Of a stretch of 64,000 bases of DNA, positions 63,322 through 64,000 are shown in pieces (position 1 is the stretch's first letter; each line of letters begins with the position of its first letter). The stretch is from the NCBI GenBank assembly GCA_002633005.1, contig NMRA01000079.1, forward strand, positions 1,021,182-1,085,181, given 5' to 3'. This DNA is from Phoronis australis. Its lineage: Eukaryota > Animalia > Phoronida. The position numbers were made by a program, and so were the translations under genes. The notes under the pieces are model-generated. The model worked only from the letters and a program-made list of their open reading frames with translations. It was not told where the DNA came from and ran no database searches.

Positions 63322-64000
63322 GTAAACCAGTAACATTGTAAGGTTGCATGCGGTCTATCCATCTTCGATCGCGTGCAGGTAAGGGGTGTTACAGTGTTTA
63401 CATGGAACTACTTGAAGGCCGAACAGTAAAAACAGAGAAACGTTTACATGCCGCATGCGAACTTATTACACGTTGTGTTGTGGCTACTGAGAACAGAGGA
63501 CAGCGAGCGAAGAGATTCCTACTAAGAAAATCGAAAAAATAACAAAGAGTGAACGCATGTCTTCTGATACATCGCTAGAATCGTTTTGGTTAAGTTTAAA
63601 CAGAAAATATGTGTATGTTTAAAATGACCTTGCCTTGCATTCGCTTCGCAAATTAGCAAAGGAAATGGAAGGTGTGATTGGCTCTCCCACGATCACTTGC
63701 GTTTTTTCACTGTGATATATATTTATTGAAGGATACACAGAACATACAAAGAAATAATAACAAACCCAGAAACCGCGAAGCATTATATCTGGGTTGTAAA
63801 CAATTCATAAATGAAACTTATATACATAGAGATATATACAATTAAGTAGTATCTAAAATAAGTAGTCCAATACTTAGACATGCTAATACAGATATATAAA
63901 AACAAAAATATTTACAGATTCATATAGGGAAATCAGATGCAACAATATTGATAAACGGTATATAAAAATTTGCTAACGTTGCTTAGGAGGAATTCGTTAA

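Overview
Eukaryotic (AT-rich, intron-containing, probably marine invertebrate) genomic DNA, not prokaryotic; almost all ORFs in the supplied track are spurious or single exons. Manual splicing at GT-AG junctions reconstructs a + strand tandem array of four paralogous genes sharing one 10-coding-exon structure (A 216-18054, 5' end off-window; B 21465-36092; C 39073-50458; D 56886-63321, last exon off-window). They encode ~480-aa metzincins: short signal peptide, no prodomain, ADAMTS/reprolysin (M12B)-like catalytic domain, ADAMTS disintegrin-like Cys-rich module and one C-terminal CUB domain, with no thrombospondin repeat. B, C and D have complete zinc motifs split by an intron (HEVGHIFGFQHP, HEVGHILDFQHP, HEIGHIFGFDHP). 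A keeps an open frame and canonical splice sites but its motif reads HDVGRTLGLPG and it has a 57-aa GPI-signal-like tail, so it looks like a membrane-tethered pseudo-protease next to three secreted enzymes. The palindrome TACATGTA occurs about 60 times, and three internal comparisons show it arising as TA to TA-CATG-TA, the Tc1/mariner excision-footprint pattern, once inside a coding exon. Introns and spacers carry nested DNA-transposon remnants, MITEs, a decayed Gypsy-like element and micro/minisatellites. Two duplications centred on single N bases are probably haplotype/assembly artefacts. Species cannot be determined from the sequence.
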